Source: Gammaproteobacteria bacterium (lineage in GTDB: Bacteria > Pseudomonadota > Gammaproteobacteria > Pseudomonadales > Halieaceae). Taken from it: 47,691 bases of DNA. The stretch lies in assembly GCA_030427335.1 (NCBI GenBank), contig JAUHWV010000001.1:1-47691 (forward strand). The letters are read 5' to 3'. The position numbers were made by a program, and so were the translations under genes. How positions within the stretch are numbered: position 1 is the stretch's first letter; every line of letters starts with the position of its first letter. Positions 31,018-40,705 of the stretch are shown in pieces. The notes beneath the pieces are model-generated. The model saw only the letters and a program-made list of their open reading frames with translations. It was not told where the DNA came from and made no database searches.

Positions 31018-32660
31018 ACCATATCATTCGGTTGCCCGATACCCCATGGGGTATCGGGATCTTCGAGCCAGGACTCAAGCTCAGCGACCGGCATGGGTGG
31101 CGCAACATAAAAGCCTTGAATGTAATCGCACTCTAGCTCGACCAAGGCTTCAAGCGTTGATTCATGCTCTACGCCCTCTGCTACAACCACTTTATTCAAA
31201 GCATGCGCTAAGGCAATGGTGGATTCAGCGATGATTTTATCGTCGCTTTCATCTGGCAACGCCTGAATAAACGCTCGGTCGATTTTGACCGTGCGCGCGG
31301 GTATGCGCTTCAGGTAGGATAGCGAAGCAAATCCCGTACCGAAATCGTCGATTGCCAGAGAGACCCCCATATCTCGCAGACGGTACAAACTCTCCAATGC
31401 CTTATCGGGATCCGTCATCATACTGGTTTCGGTCACTTCAAGAGTCAAGGCGCCAGATTCCAAATTGAGGCGATCAAGCACATTCCTTATCTGGGCGGTA
31501 ACATTGACATCCTGCAGATCACTAATCGATAGGTTGATGCTGATATCTAGGTTCAGTCCCCGCAGACGCCAAAGCCGAAGCTGACGCGCTGCTTGGTCCA
31601 TCGTCCATCTCGTTACTCGGCGTATCAAGCCGCTCATCTCGGCCAAGCGCAAAAATTCATCGGGATTCAGCAAGCCCAAATCGGGGTGACGCCAGCGCAA
31701 TAGCGCTTCGACACTCGTGACGCGCTGGGTGCGTAAATTGACAATCGGTTGATAAAACAATTCCAACTCACCGCGAGTCAAAGCCAGCTGCAGATTCTTG
31801 TTCATCATGAGGCGCTGCGTCGCATTATCGTCGCGCGCTGGGTCATACACACAGACATTAGAGCCAGCCTTGGACTTAGCCTCGTAGAGTGCTGTATCTG
31901 CCATTCTGAGCAAATCCGGGCCCTCGCCTGAATGCATAGGAAACAGAGCTAGGCCAACGCTCATGCCGATGCTAATCTCGTGCTCTTCAACGCAAAAGTA
32001 ATCGTCTGTTACGGAAATCAGCTTTTCAGCAACTTCCTCTGCTCCCACCCGTTCCGTGTTAGGCAGTACAAAAGCAAATTCATCCCCCCCCCAACGAGCG
32101 AGATAGTCCTCGGCTCTTAAACTAGACTGCAACCGTCGCCCAAGCTCAACCAATACGTCATCGCCGACAAAATGACCTAGCGTGTCGTTCACGCCCTTAA
32201 AGCCATTCAAATCTGCCAAGAGTACGGCAAAATGGGATCCTTCTTTTTTGGCTTCAGCAACGACCTCGCCTAGGCGAGCTCGGAACGCTACGCGATTAGG
32301 AAGCGAGGTCAGATCATCGTGCAGCGATTTATAGTGAGCGACATCCCCGTAGCGCTTCAGACCGTCAATAGACTCCAAGGCATGCCGGCTGAGCAGCAAA
32401 CCAAAAAAACTTGCGCCCAGAATAATCAAGGCAGGCAACATATCACGCAGCGCAAAACCACGCAGAAATGAATCAAGTCCGAATGTAATGTAGGCTGCTA
32501 TGAAGAGTAAGGTAGCCAAGAGCAGGAAATACCAGCCGCGTGAACGCTCTCGCCTGCTGAAGACGATGACGCAGATCGTGTGAGCCGATCCAACCATAGC
32601 TACGACGCTAAGAAAAATGACGCCTACTATAATTACGGTTAAACTCTGTCCATCACTCAT
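31014..32660 (-). CDS. Membrane-anchored GGDEF-EAL diguanylate cyclase/phosphodiesterase
   Basis: About 3 N-terminal TM segments; DDLTSLPNR, RAED I-site, WGGDEF; VEALLRW, DDFGTG, AEGVE, YIQGF. Confidence 0.93.
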   Translation of the reverse strand: MSDGQSLTVIIVGVIFLSVVAMVGSAHTICVIVFSRRERSRGWYFLLLATLLFIAAYITFGLDSFLRGFALRDMLPALIILGASFFGLLLSRHALESIDGLKRYGDVAHYKSLHDDLTSLPNRVAFRARLGEVVAEAKKEGSHFAVLLADLNGFKGVNDTLGHFVGDDVLVELGRRLQSSLRAEDYLARWGGDEFAFVLPNTERVGAEEVAEKLISVTDDYFCVEEHEISIGMSVGLALFPMHSGEGPDLLRMADTALYEAKSKAGSNVCVYDPARDDNATQRLMMNKNLQLALTRGELELFYQPIVNLRTQRVTSVEALLRWRHPDLGLLNPDEFLRLAEMSGLIRRVTRWTMDQAARQLRLWRLRGLNLDISINLSISDLQDVNVTAQIRNVLDRLNLESGALTLEVTETSMMTDPDKALESLYRLRDMGVSLAIDDFGTGFASLSYLKRIPARTVKIDRAFIQALPDESDDKIIAESTIALAHALNKVVVAEGVEHESTLEALVELECDYIQGFYVAPPMPVAELESWLEDPDTPWGIGQPNDMV

Positions 32661-32796
32661 TACAAACAAATGCCCGCAGTGGCTGCAAAAGATACGACTG
32701 TCGTGACGACATTATCATTACAGACCGTCGCATCTGAATTGTGCTAACAGTATCACAACAGCGCACGATGTCACGGGTCTAGACGAGGTAGAAAAA

Positions 32797-33879
32797 ATGA
32801 CAGCGGTAGAACACGAACACTATCAGGGCTTAAGCTACCCCTATGGGCGCAAAGCACCAGCCGATAATGGATGGATTCGTGAAGTCGCTCCCGGCGTGCA
32901 TTGGCTACGATTTGCGCTCCCTATGGCCCTAAACCATATCAACCTGTGGTTACTCGAAGATGGCGACGGCTGGACCATTGTTGATACCTGCATGGATATG
33001 CCCGACGCGAAAGCGGCCTGGGAACACCTGTTTGACACCGTTTTACAAAGCAAGCCCATCACTCGTATTATTGCAACACATCTCCACCCTGACCACGTTG
33101 GACTCGCGGGCTGGTTAGCTGAGCGCTTTGATTGCGAACTCTGGATGTCACGAACCGACTATGTGATGTGCCGCATGCTGGTATCGGATACGGGCCGCAA
33201 GGCACCCGAGGCGGGAATCCGTTTTTATCGACGCGCTGGTTTTAACGATAAGCAACTCGAAGAGTACACCGAGCGTTTCGGCGGGTTCGGCAGTGTCGTA
33301 TATCCTTTGCCCGACTCCTATCGCCGCCTTGTAGATGGGCAAACGCTGAAAATTAACGACCTTTACTGGCAGGTAGTGGTGGGTAAAGGTCATTCACCCG
33401 AGCACATCTGCCTGTACTGCCCTGCGCTTAAATGCCTTATCTCTGGCGATCAAGTGCTTCCAAGAATCACATCGAATGTCAGCGTATTTCCGACCGAGCC
33501 TGACGGCAACCCCTTACGAGAGTGGCTATCATCCAATGCCCGGATCAGGGACTTACTACCAGAAGATGTACTCGTACTCCCTGCACACGGCAACCCATTC
33601 CACGGTCTTCATCAACGCCTAACGCAGCTCATCGAAGGTCATGAACGCGATCTTGATGCGCTGTACGAGCACTTAGAGGAGCCCAAACGCGCAATAGATT
33701 GCTTCGAAGTATTGTTCCAACGCAGTGTTGGCGACGACATTATCTTGATGGCCACAGGTGAAAGTATTGCTCATCTGAACTGCCTCAAGGCGCGTCGCCG
33801 AATCAGGCGCTACCTCGATGAAAATGGGGTTTATTGGTATCAGCGACTGGCCGAGAGCCGGCAGGTTCGAATACCTTAA
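32797..33879 (+). CDS. Metallo-beta-lactamase-fold hydrolase with C-terminal helical domain
   Basis: THLHPDH (HXHXDH), GHSPEH, SGDQ, LPAHG; GAGG RBS. Confidence 0.88.
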   Translation: MTAVEHEHYQGLSYPYGRKAPADNGWIREVAPGVHWLRFALPMALNHINLWLLEDGDGWTIVDTCMDMPDAKAAWEHLFDTVLQSKPITRIIATHLHPDHVGLAGWLAERFDCELWMSRTDYVMCRMLVSDTGRKAPEAGIRFYRRAGFNDKQLEEYTERFGGFGSVVYPLPDSYRRLVDGQTLKINDLYWQVVVGKGHSPEHICLYCPALKCLISGDQVLPRITSNVSVFPTEPDGNPLREWLSSNARIRDLLPEDVLVLPAHGNPFHGLHQRLTQLIEGHERDLDALYEHLEEPKRAIDCFEVLFQRSVGDDIILMATGESIAHLNCLKARRRIRRYLDENGVYWYQRLAESRQVRIP

Positions 33880-33950
33880 GGTTACAGACACTTGGGCTTT
33901 GAATTTAAGCCAGACGCCAGCTAGACTCGAGAGAAAACGGAGAAAAGGCG

Positions 33951-35216
33951 ATGAACTTTACTATGCCAGACGCGCTGCAAGCCTTTCTCGGTGAACTCGA
34001 CGACTTCATCGATCGGGAAATAAAGCCGCTCGAGCAAATAGACGATAACATCCGTTTTTTCGACCACCGACGAGAACACGCGCGCACAAACTGGGACGCA
34101 GGCGGTGTGCCCAGAGAAGAGTGGGAAGCTTTGCTCGCTGAAGCTCGCCGAAGGGCCGACGCAGCGGGCATTTACCGCTACCCCTTTCCCTCAGCCTACG
34201 GAGGTCGAGACGGTAACAACCTGGGGATGGCGATCATTCGAGAGCACCTTGCCGCAAAAGGCTTGGGCTTGCATAACGACCTGCAGAACGAGCACTCGGT
34301 TGTTGGCAACAATATCGGTTTACTCCTAATGCTGGAGTACGGCACCGAGCAGCAAAAAACGGAATGGACCGACGGCTTGGCCACCGGTAATCGCGGTTTT
34401 GCTTTCGCGATTACCGAACCGAATCACGGCTCAGACGCAACGCACATGGAAACTCGCGCCGAGCGCGCTGATGGCGGTTTCGTTATCAACGGCATAAAAA
34501 CGTGGAATACCGGCATTCACGTTGCTGAGTACGATATGGTTATGGCTCGCACCTCAGGTAAAGCGGGCGACGCAGATGGCATAACGGCATTCTTGGTACC
34601 CATGTCCGCCTCAGGGGTAAAGATCGAAGAATTTCTTTGGACGTTTAATATGCCATCCGATCACGGCACCGTGAGTTTCACCGATGTGTGGGTGAGCGAA
34701 GACGCTATTTTTGGAGGCGAGGGAAAGGGACTTCAGGTCATTCAGCATTTTTTTAACGAGAACAGAATACGCCAAGCGGCGTCCAGTCTCGGTGCAGCGC
34801 AGTACTGCGTCGCAGAGGCCGTGCAATATGCAAAAGAACGCAAGCCGTTTGGAAAGCCGCTAGCAACCAATCAAGGAATACAGTTTCCTCTAGTCGAACT
34901 ACAAACTCAGATCGAGATGCTGCGGGCCCTGATACACAAGACAGCTTGGATCATGGATACTGAAGGCGCGTTCGCTGCATCCGATAAAGTCTCGATGTGT
35001 AACTTTTGGTCCAACCGCTTGTGCTGCGAGGCCGCAGACCGCGCCATGCAGGTTCATGGTGGACTCGGCTATTCGCGCCACAAGCCCTTTGAACACATTT
35101 ATCGACACCATCGTCGCTATCGCATCACCGAGGGCGCAGAGGAAATTCAAATGCGCCGAGTGGCAGGCTACCTGTTTGGCTTCATGAATCAGAAGGCGCC
35201 CAAGGGAGTGGAGTAA
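33951..35216 (+). CDS. Acyl-CoA dehydrogenase family protein
   Basis: FAITEPNHGSDA, INGIKTW, RKPFGKPL, QVHGGLGYS, YRITEGAEEIQ. Confidence 0.93.
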   Translation: MNFTMPDALQAFLGELDDFIDREIKPLEQIDDNIRFFDHRREHARTNWDAGGVPREEWEALLAEARRRADAAGIYRYPFPSAYGGRDGNNLGMAIIREHLAAKGLGLHNDLQNEHSVVGNNIGLLLMLEYGTEQQKTEWTDGLATGNRGFAFAITEPNHGSDATHMETRAERADGGFVINGIKTWNTGIHVAEYDMVMARTSGKAGDADGITAFLVPMSASGVKIEEFLWTFNMPSDHGTVSFTDVWVSEDAIFGGEGKGLQVIQHFFNENRIRQAASSLGAAQYCVAEAVQYAKERKPFGKPLATNQGIQFPLVELQTQIEMLRALIHKTAWIMDTEGAFAASDKVSMCNFWSNRLCCEAADRAMQVHGGLGYSRHKPFEHIYRHHRRYRITEGAEEIQMRRVAGYLFGFMNQKAPKGVE

Positions 35217-36614
35217 GTGATTACTCGCCTGCAATCTTTTATTGAATCTAGACTCGGAGACGGCACACAGGTCGTTGATGCTCAATTACTGACCGGCGGC
35301 GCGAGTCAAGAAACCTGGCGGATTGATGTTTTAAGAGAGGGAGCAACCCAAACGTACTGCTTGAGGCGCGCAAAGGACAGCGAATCCGAGCAGGCACTGG
35401 ACTTGGGCGGTGTCGGTCTCGCAGTAGAGGCCGATTTAATCGAAAGCGCTATGGCCGCAGGTGTTAAGACACCCAAGATCATTGCCCGCATACGATCAGA
35501 AGATGATTTGGGCATCGGCTTCTTAATGGAGTGGCTCGAGGGCGAGACACTGGGACACAAGATTGCGCGAGCCGCAGAATTCAGCGAGATTCGCCCACAA
35601 TTGGCAGCCCAATGTGGAGAGCAGCTAGCGCGCATTCATGCAATCGACCCAAGGCCTTTTCTTGAATCCAATCGGCTCAATCAAGTAATAGCAAGCGACT
35701 TCGTGCAGCAAACCTACGACCAATATCTGAGTCTTGGCGTTGACCAACCCATGCTCGATTTCACCGCTCGTTATCTGCTCGAATATGCGCCAGCTGAGCA
35801 CGATTACGTGCTAAACCACGGTGACTTCCGCAACGGCAATCTGATGATTGATCCTTTATCGGGGATAACAGCGGTACTCGATTGGGAACTTGCATCCGTT
35901 ACCGACCCCGCCAAAGATATAGCTTGGCTGTGTGTTAATTCGTGGCGATTTGGATGCAACGAGCTCGAGGTCGGTGGATTTGGACAACTCGATGACCTGC
36001 TGCAGGCTTACAATCAACACAGCGGTCGCCATATAAAACGCGATCAAGTCCATTACTGGATGGTCTTTGGTTCATTCTGGTGGTCGGTCTGTTGTCTCAG
36101 CATGGCCAACACCTACAAAACCGGCGTTAATACCTCTATTGAACGCCCGATTATCGGAAGACGCGCCTCGGAAGGTCAGCTCGACTGTGTCAATCTATTG
36201 CTGCCGGAGGGCCTAGAAATCATACCGGAACCGCTCGAGCAAGGGCTTCTTCCGAGCGATGCCGAGCTGGCAGCGGCTCTGCAAACACACCTGAAGCAAA
36301 ATGTCGCCCCTATGCTCGAAGGCAAGGATAAGTTTCTTGCGCAAGTGGCGGCCAATGCCGCGGGCATACTCATGCGGAGCACGCAGTTCGGGCCTATCGC
36401 CCACGCTCAAGAGACACGTCGCCTGCGTGCCTTTTTCGATAGCAACGAGCACCTTCGCGACCTGAATCATAAACTGTGCTCGCAGCTAAGAGTTGGCGCC
36501 CTAGACGTAAACGATTCAGCGCTTCAGGCTCATTTAAGGGCAACCGTCGAGGCCCAAGTCGCAATTGACCAACCACATTACCTCGAGTGCTCAAAACGCG
36601 CCGTGCGCCGCTGA
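35217..36614 (+). CDS. APH-family phosphotransferase fused to a C-terminal LvaB/DUF6285-like helical domain
   Basis: GGASQETW, HGDFRNGN, VLDWE, DIAW...SWRFG; extra ~120-aa C-terminal domain (PSDAEL...VAANAAGIL...LRATVEAQVAIDQPHY); GTG directly follows the ACAD stop. Confidence 0.82.
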   Translation: MITRLQSFIESRLGDGTQVVDAQLLTGGASQETWRIDVLREGATQTYCLRRAKDSESEQALDLGGVGLAVEADLIESAMAAGVKTPKIIARIRSEDDLGIGFLMEWLEGETLGHKIARAAEFSEIRPQLAAQCGEQLARIHAIDPRPFLESNRLNQVIASDFVQQTYDQYLSLGVDQPMLDFTARYLLEYAPAEHDYVLNHGDFRNGNLMIDPLSGITAVLDWELASVTDPAKDIAWLCVNSWRFGCNELEVGGFGQLDDLLQAYNQHSGRHIKRDQVHYWMVFGSFWWSVCCLSMANTYKTGVNTSIERPIIGRRASEGQLDCVNLLLPEGLEIIPEPLEQGLLPSDAELAAALQTHLKQNVAPMLEGKDKFLAQVAANAAGILMRSTQFGPIAHAQETRRLRAFFDSNEHLRDLNHKLCSQLRVGALDVNDSALQAHLRATVEAQVAIDQPHYLECSKRAVRR

Positions 36615-36686
36615 GTTGAACCAACAAACTTGCGACTGCCGTAAAACTGTCAGATAGTTAGCGTCTGCACGCAACGAGAGACAACA

Positions 36687-37574
36687 ATGATAGAAAAACT
36701 ACTCGCGTCTATATTGAGAGCGTACTATCGACGACTCAGCAACAAGGCTAACCCACACGCGCATCAGCAACGCAGTCATTCCGTTAATATCCCCAGCCGG
36801 GAGCCAGATCGAAGGATTCGAGCACGACACTATTCCGCGTGTGATGAGGGCAAGCCGCTCATCGTCTATTTTCACGGCGGCGGTTGGGTCAGCGGCGATC
36901 TCGATACGCACGATGCACTTTGCGCTAAGCTCAACGAGGAGACAGGTTGTTCGGTTCTCTCGATAGACTACCGTTTGGCACCGGAACACCGTTTCCCTGC
37001 GGCATTTGAGGATTCACTGGATGCGACCGTTTGGGCCGCAGAACAACTGGATGTACTAACCGATGCCGGGCGTTCTTTGATCGTGGCGGGTGATAGCGCG
37101 GGGGGCAATCTAGCTGTCGCGGTTTCGCTCAACCTACCCGAGGAAGCGAGACAGGCACTGAACGGGCAAATATTGATCTACCCCGTTACCGAATACTACC
37201 TCGCGGATTACCAGAGTTATCAAGAAAAAGGCAAAGGTTACGCGCTCACTAAGGGATTGATGCATTTCTTCTGGAACACCTACCTTGGCAAAAAGTACGC
37301 AAGCCTAGGCGAAGCGGAACAGCATGCAAAAGCGGCTTTGCCCGGCACCGTTCAAGAGTTGCAAGCGTTACCTACCACCTTTATTTCGACCGCAGAAAAC
37401 GACCCGCTTCGAGACGAAGGGATTGCCTTCAAAGCGGCCTTAGATCAAGCCGACATTAAGACAACGTATGTGCATTTCCCCAACTCAGAGCACGGCTTTG
37501 CTACTGCGCCGGGCAGCGACCCCGAGGCAGTCAAGCACATTGAGAAGATCAGCGCCTGGCTAAAAACGCTGTAA
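36687..37574 (+). CDS. Hormone-sensitive-lipase-family esterase (alpha/beta hydrolase 3)
   Basis: YFHGGGW, DYRLAPEH, GDSAGG, DPLRDEG, HGF. Confidence 0.92.
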   Translation: MIEKLLASILRAYYRRLSNKANPHAHQQRSHSVNIPSREPDRRIRARHYSACDEGKPLIVYFHGGGWVSGDLDTHDALCAKLNEETGCSVLSIDYRLAPEHRFPAAFEDSLDATVWAAEQLDVLTDAGRSLIVAGDSAGGNLAVAVSLNLPEEARQALNGQILIYPVTEYYLADYQSYQEKGKGYALTKGLMHFFWNTYLGKKYASLGEAEQHAKAALPGTVQELQALPTTFISTAENDPLRDEGIAFKAALDQADIKTTYVHFPNSEHGFATAPGSDPEAVKHIEKISAWLKTL

Positions 37575-37590
37575 AATATACCAAAACGCC

Positions 37591-37639
37591 GTGGCAGCGC
37601 ACTTTGACTGGAGGCGACGCCAACCAGGAACGCTGCCAC
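37591..37639. terminator. Stem-loop between convergent genes (probable terminator for the minus-strand ADH)
   Basis: GTGGCAGCG...CGCTGCCAC 9-bp arms enclosing CTGG/CCAG and GGC/GCC pairs; T-rich run follows on the minus strand. Confidence 0.5.
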
Positions 37640-37650
37640 TACGAAATGAC

Positions 37651-38847
37651 CTAGACGGTCATCTCATTTAGCATCGCTTTAACATCCGCAGGCATCATGA
37701 ATCTAGGCACAGGGTAAGAAACCGCTTCTTCAGCCGCTGCTTTGGCAATGGCATCATGATCATCCCGTTTCAGCGGTTCAATCTTCGTGCCGATATCGAG
37801 CTGTGCATTCAATGCTTTGACCGCATCGATGAAGGCTTGGGCTTTCGCAGCTGAGCTCTGCCCACTTTGAGCGACGCCCACTAAATCAGCCAGCTCCGCC
37901 AATGCAGCCTCGGCGGGACCTTTGCTGAACTCCAGCACATAGGGCAGTACCACCGCATTCGCTAACCCGTGGGGCACGCCGTAATAAGCGCCAAACTGAT
38001 GCGCAATCGCGTGTACATTACCCACATTCACCTGATTAATCGCCATACCCGCGTGGTAGGCCGCCATCGCCATCGCGGCGCGGGCGTCGTGGTCCGAGCT
38101 GTCGGCGTAAATTTTTGGCAGCGCGTCGAAAATAACTCGAATGGCTGCCGTCGCATGCTCTTTCCGAGTACCGCGTTCCCAAGTTGAAATGTAAGCTTCA
38201 ATGCCGTGCGTTAGGGCATCCATGCCGGTTGCCGCGGTAATCGCAGGCGGTAGCCCTTGCTGCAAACGCGGATCCACTGCGGCCGCCTTGGGCAAAAGCG
38301 AGGCACCGCTAATAACCACTTTAGCGTGATTCTGAACATCAGTTATGACCGCCCCTGCGGTCGCCTCAGATCCCGTACCCGCGGTGGTCGAGATCGCGTA
38401 CAAGGGAATGACTTCGTGCTTTACTTTGCCAAACCCAACCCACGAGCGAGGATCATCATCGCTGGTCGCCGCGGCAGACATGATTTTTGCGCAGTCGATT
38501 ACCGAGCCGCCCCCGATAGCCAAGATCACTTCACTGCCAGCGGCTCGCAATACTTGCTTCCCGGCCTCGACTTGCTCAAACGTCGGATTGGGCTCGATAT
38601 CATCGAAATACGCGACCTCGATACCTGCATCCAGGAGCGTCTGAGAGCCTTGGTCAGTTACACCCAAATCGCGCAGAATTTTATCGCTGGCAATCAACAC
38701 TTTCTTGTAGCCCTGATTGATCAAATACTGGCACAGTTCACGACTAGATCCGGGGCCTGTAAACGCTAAGTGCGATTGCCCTGGGGCTAAGCCCGCTAAA
38801 CTTTTCATCATGCCGATGACCAATTTGTGTTTCAGTTTTAACAACAT
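37651..38847 (-). CDS. Iron-containing (group III) alcohol dehydrogenase
   Basis: EPNPT, AIGGGSVIDCAK, TTAGTGSE, GMDALTHGIE, HAIAH...HGLAN; ATG at 38847 after AAGGAG. Confidence 0.93.
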   Translation of the reverse strand: MLLKLKHKLVIGMMKSLAGLAPGQSHLAFTGPGSSRELCQYLINQGYKKVLIASDKILRDLGVTDQGSQTLLDAGIEVAYFDDIEPNPTFEQVEAGKQVLRAAGSEVILAIGGGSVIDCAKIMSAAATSDDDPRSWVGFGKVKHEVIPLYAISTTAGTGSEATAGAVITDVQNHAKVVISGASLLPKAAAVDPRLQQGLPPAITAATGMDALTHGIEAYISTWERGTRKEHATAAIRVIFDALPKIYADSSDHDARAAMAMAAYHAGMAINQVNVGNVHAIAHQFGAYYGVPHGLANAVVLPYVLEFSKGPAEAALAELADLVGVAQSGQSSAAKAQAFIDAVKALNAQLDIGTKIEPLKRDDHDAIAKAAAEEAVSYPVPRFMMPADVKAMLNEMTV

Positions 38848-38863
38848 AGAGACAAACTCCTTA

Positions 38864-40555
38864 TTATTCGGTCTCAAAAATCACAGTTCGGCCCGATGCG
38901 AGCCAGGACTCGAAAGACGGACTGTAGCGTTCTTCAATTACGTTACGCTTAATTTTAAGCGTTGGTGTCGTGAATCCGGTCTCGGGTAACCAACGTTCCT
39001 TTACAGCGACAATGCAGGCGAGTCGCTCATGAGGATCGAGCGTTGAATTGACCTGCGCGAGATGTGCAGACAACTCCGCCTCAACCTCGGCGGACGAGTT
39101 ACTGTTCGACAGGCTCGCCTGAGCGACTTCATTCAGATTCACAACGACCAAGGGCTGTGGCAAATTCGGGCCAGTTACACAGACTTGTTCGATGAGGGAA
39201 TTGGCCAGCAATTTGTTTTCGATCGGCGCGGGCGCCACATATTTGCCCTTGCTCGTTTTGAAAAGCTCCTTCACTCGACCGGTGATGTGCAAACGACCGT
39301 GCTCATCGATTTTACCTTGATCTCCGGTTCGTAAGTAGCCGTCCCCGGTAATCGTCTCGGCCGTGATATCAGGCGCTTTGTAGTAACCGATCATGGTCGT
39401 GGGTGACCGAACAAGGACCTCTCCAATGTCGCTAATAACACAATCGACTAGCGGGTTCGCCTTACCCACCGTACCGGGAACCGAACCACCCACAGGGGTC
39501 GTGTGCGAGTACGCGAAGTTTTCAGTCATGCCATAGCCCTCCTGAATCTCTAGCCCAAGATCACGATACCACTCGATCAGGCTCACGCTTAAAGGTGAAG
39601 CGCCGCTAAGCGCAATGCGCGCTTGATCTAGACCCAAACCCTGCAGAATCTTCTTGCGAACGAGCTTACCGACAAAAGGGATTTTTTTGAGCCGATTGAG
39701 TTTCGTTTCGGGCATTTTCGCCAGCACGCCCTGCTGAAACTTCATCCATATTCGAGGCACGGCAAAAAAGGTCGTCGGGCGAGCGCGCTGTAAATCTTCT
39801 GCGAAGGTATCGAGCGAGTAAGCAAAGTAAACCGTAAACCCGTTATAGAGTTGCGCTGTTTCCAATGCGGCTCGTTCCGCTACGTGAGCAAGGGGAAGAT
39901 AAGACAAACATCGGTCATGCTCATTCGTTTCGTAAAGGTAATTCGACAACACACCCGTGTTACCCACCGTTCTGAAGGTATGCATCACCCCTTTTGGCAT
40001 ACCGGTCGTACCCGATGTGTAGACAATCGTCGCAAGATCATCCAGATCAGGATCAAAACGCTCGTCGAATGGTTTGTGCTCCGTTAGCAGATCGCTCCAA
40101 GACGCTGCGCCGTCGAACTGGGGGGCATCAGGGAAGCGAATGAAGTCATATTCCCCGTCGAGACCCGGCGCCATTGCTTCGAAGTTATCGAGCTTACCAA
40201 TAAACCCTTTGGTCGCTCCACTGTGCTCAATGATCTGTCGAATCGTCTCCGCCGCTAGGTTGGGGTAAAGCGGCACGGTAACGCCACCCGCCATCCATAT
40301 GGCAAGGTCCGCCATAATCCAATGCGCGCAGTTTTTTGAAAATAAAATGACGCGATCGCCCGATTTTAGCCCGCGCGCTTTCAGGGCATTTGCGATGCGC
40401 TCAGACTCATCTGCGACTTGGGCCCAGGTCCAGGTACGGGTCTCACCTGCAGCGTAAGGTTGTACGTATGCGATATTATTAGGGCGCTGATCAACTTGCG
40501 TATAAAAAGCAGCCAGCGGGGTGATTGTCTTAGCAAGTAACTCGTCGGGCGTCAT
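38864..40555 (-). CDS. AMP-binding long-chain acyl-CoA synthetase
   Basis: YTSGTTGMPKG, SYLPLAHVAER, EGYGMTE, RTGD, GRVKELFKTSKGKYVAP, TPTLKIKR. Confidence 0.92.
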   Translation of the reverse strand: MTPDELLAKTITPLAAFYTQVDQRPNNIAYVQPYAAGETRTWTWAQVADESERIANALKARGLKSGDRVILFSKNCAHWIMADLAIWMAGGVTVPLYPNLAAETIRQIIEHSGATKGFIGKLDNFEAMAPGLDGEYDFIRFPDAPQFDGAASWSDLLTEHKPFDERFDPDLDDLATIVYTSGTTGMPKGVMHTFRTVGNTGVLSNYLYETNEHDRCLSYLPLAHVAERAALETAQLYNGFTVYFAYSLDTFAEDLQRARPTTFFAVPRIWMKFQQGVLAKMPETKLNRLKKIPFVGKLVRKKILQGLGLDQARIALSGASPLSVSLIEWYRDLGLEIQEGYGMTENFAYSHTTPVGGSVPGTVGKANPLVDCVISDIGEVLVRSPTTMIGYYKAPDITAETITGDGYLRTGDQGKIDEHGRLHITGRVKELFKTSKGKYVAPAPIENKLLANSLIEQVCVTGPNLPQPLVVVNLNEVAQASLSNSNSSAEVEAELSAHLAQVNSTLDPHERLACIVAVKERWLPETGFTTPTLKIKRNVIEERYSPSFESWLASGRTVIFETE

Positions 40556-40705
40556 GACATAACCTCTTAAAATTTGTATTAGTGTTTACGCCTATCACAT
40601 GCCTAAGTATTAATGCTTCGGCCAGTTTTTTCCAGAGATATCGCCCTTAATCCGCATCCCTCTGCTAGGATACGCAGGCATTTACACGATCAGAGGGAAC
40701 CCCAC

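Noticed and set aside
32670-32796. c-di-GMP riboswitch or Fur box upstream of the GGDEF-EAL gene
   Set aside because: No GEMM tetraloop/receptor architecture; TAATGATAAT matches only about 10 of 19 Fur box positions
35217-36614. Aminoglycoside-resistance kinase; likewise beta-lactamase for 32797-33879
   Set aside because: Fold-level similarity only; coupling to an ACAD, the extra domain and the lack of a signal peptide on the MBL protein point to metabolism
40657-40698. TCCCTCTG...CAGAGGGA anti-Shine-Dalgarno hairpin upstream of QOR
   Set aside because: TGcTAGGAT between the arms looks like an extended -10, which would leave the 5' arm untranscribed; cannot be supported without a TSS
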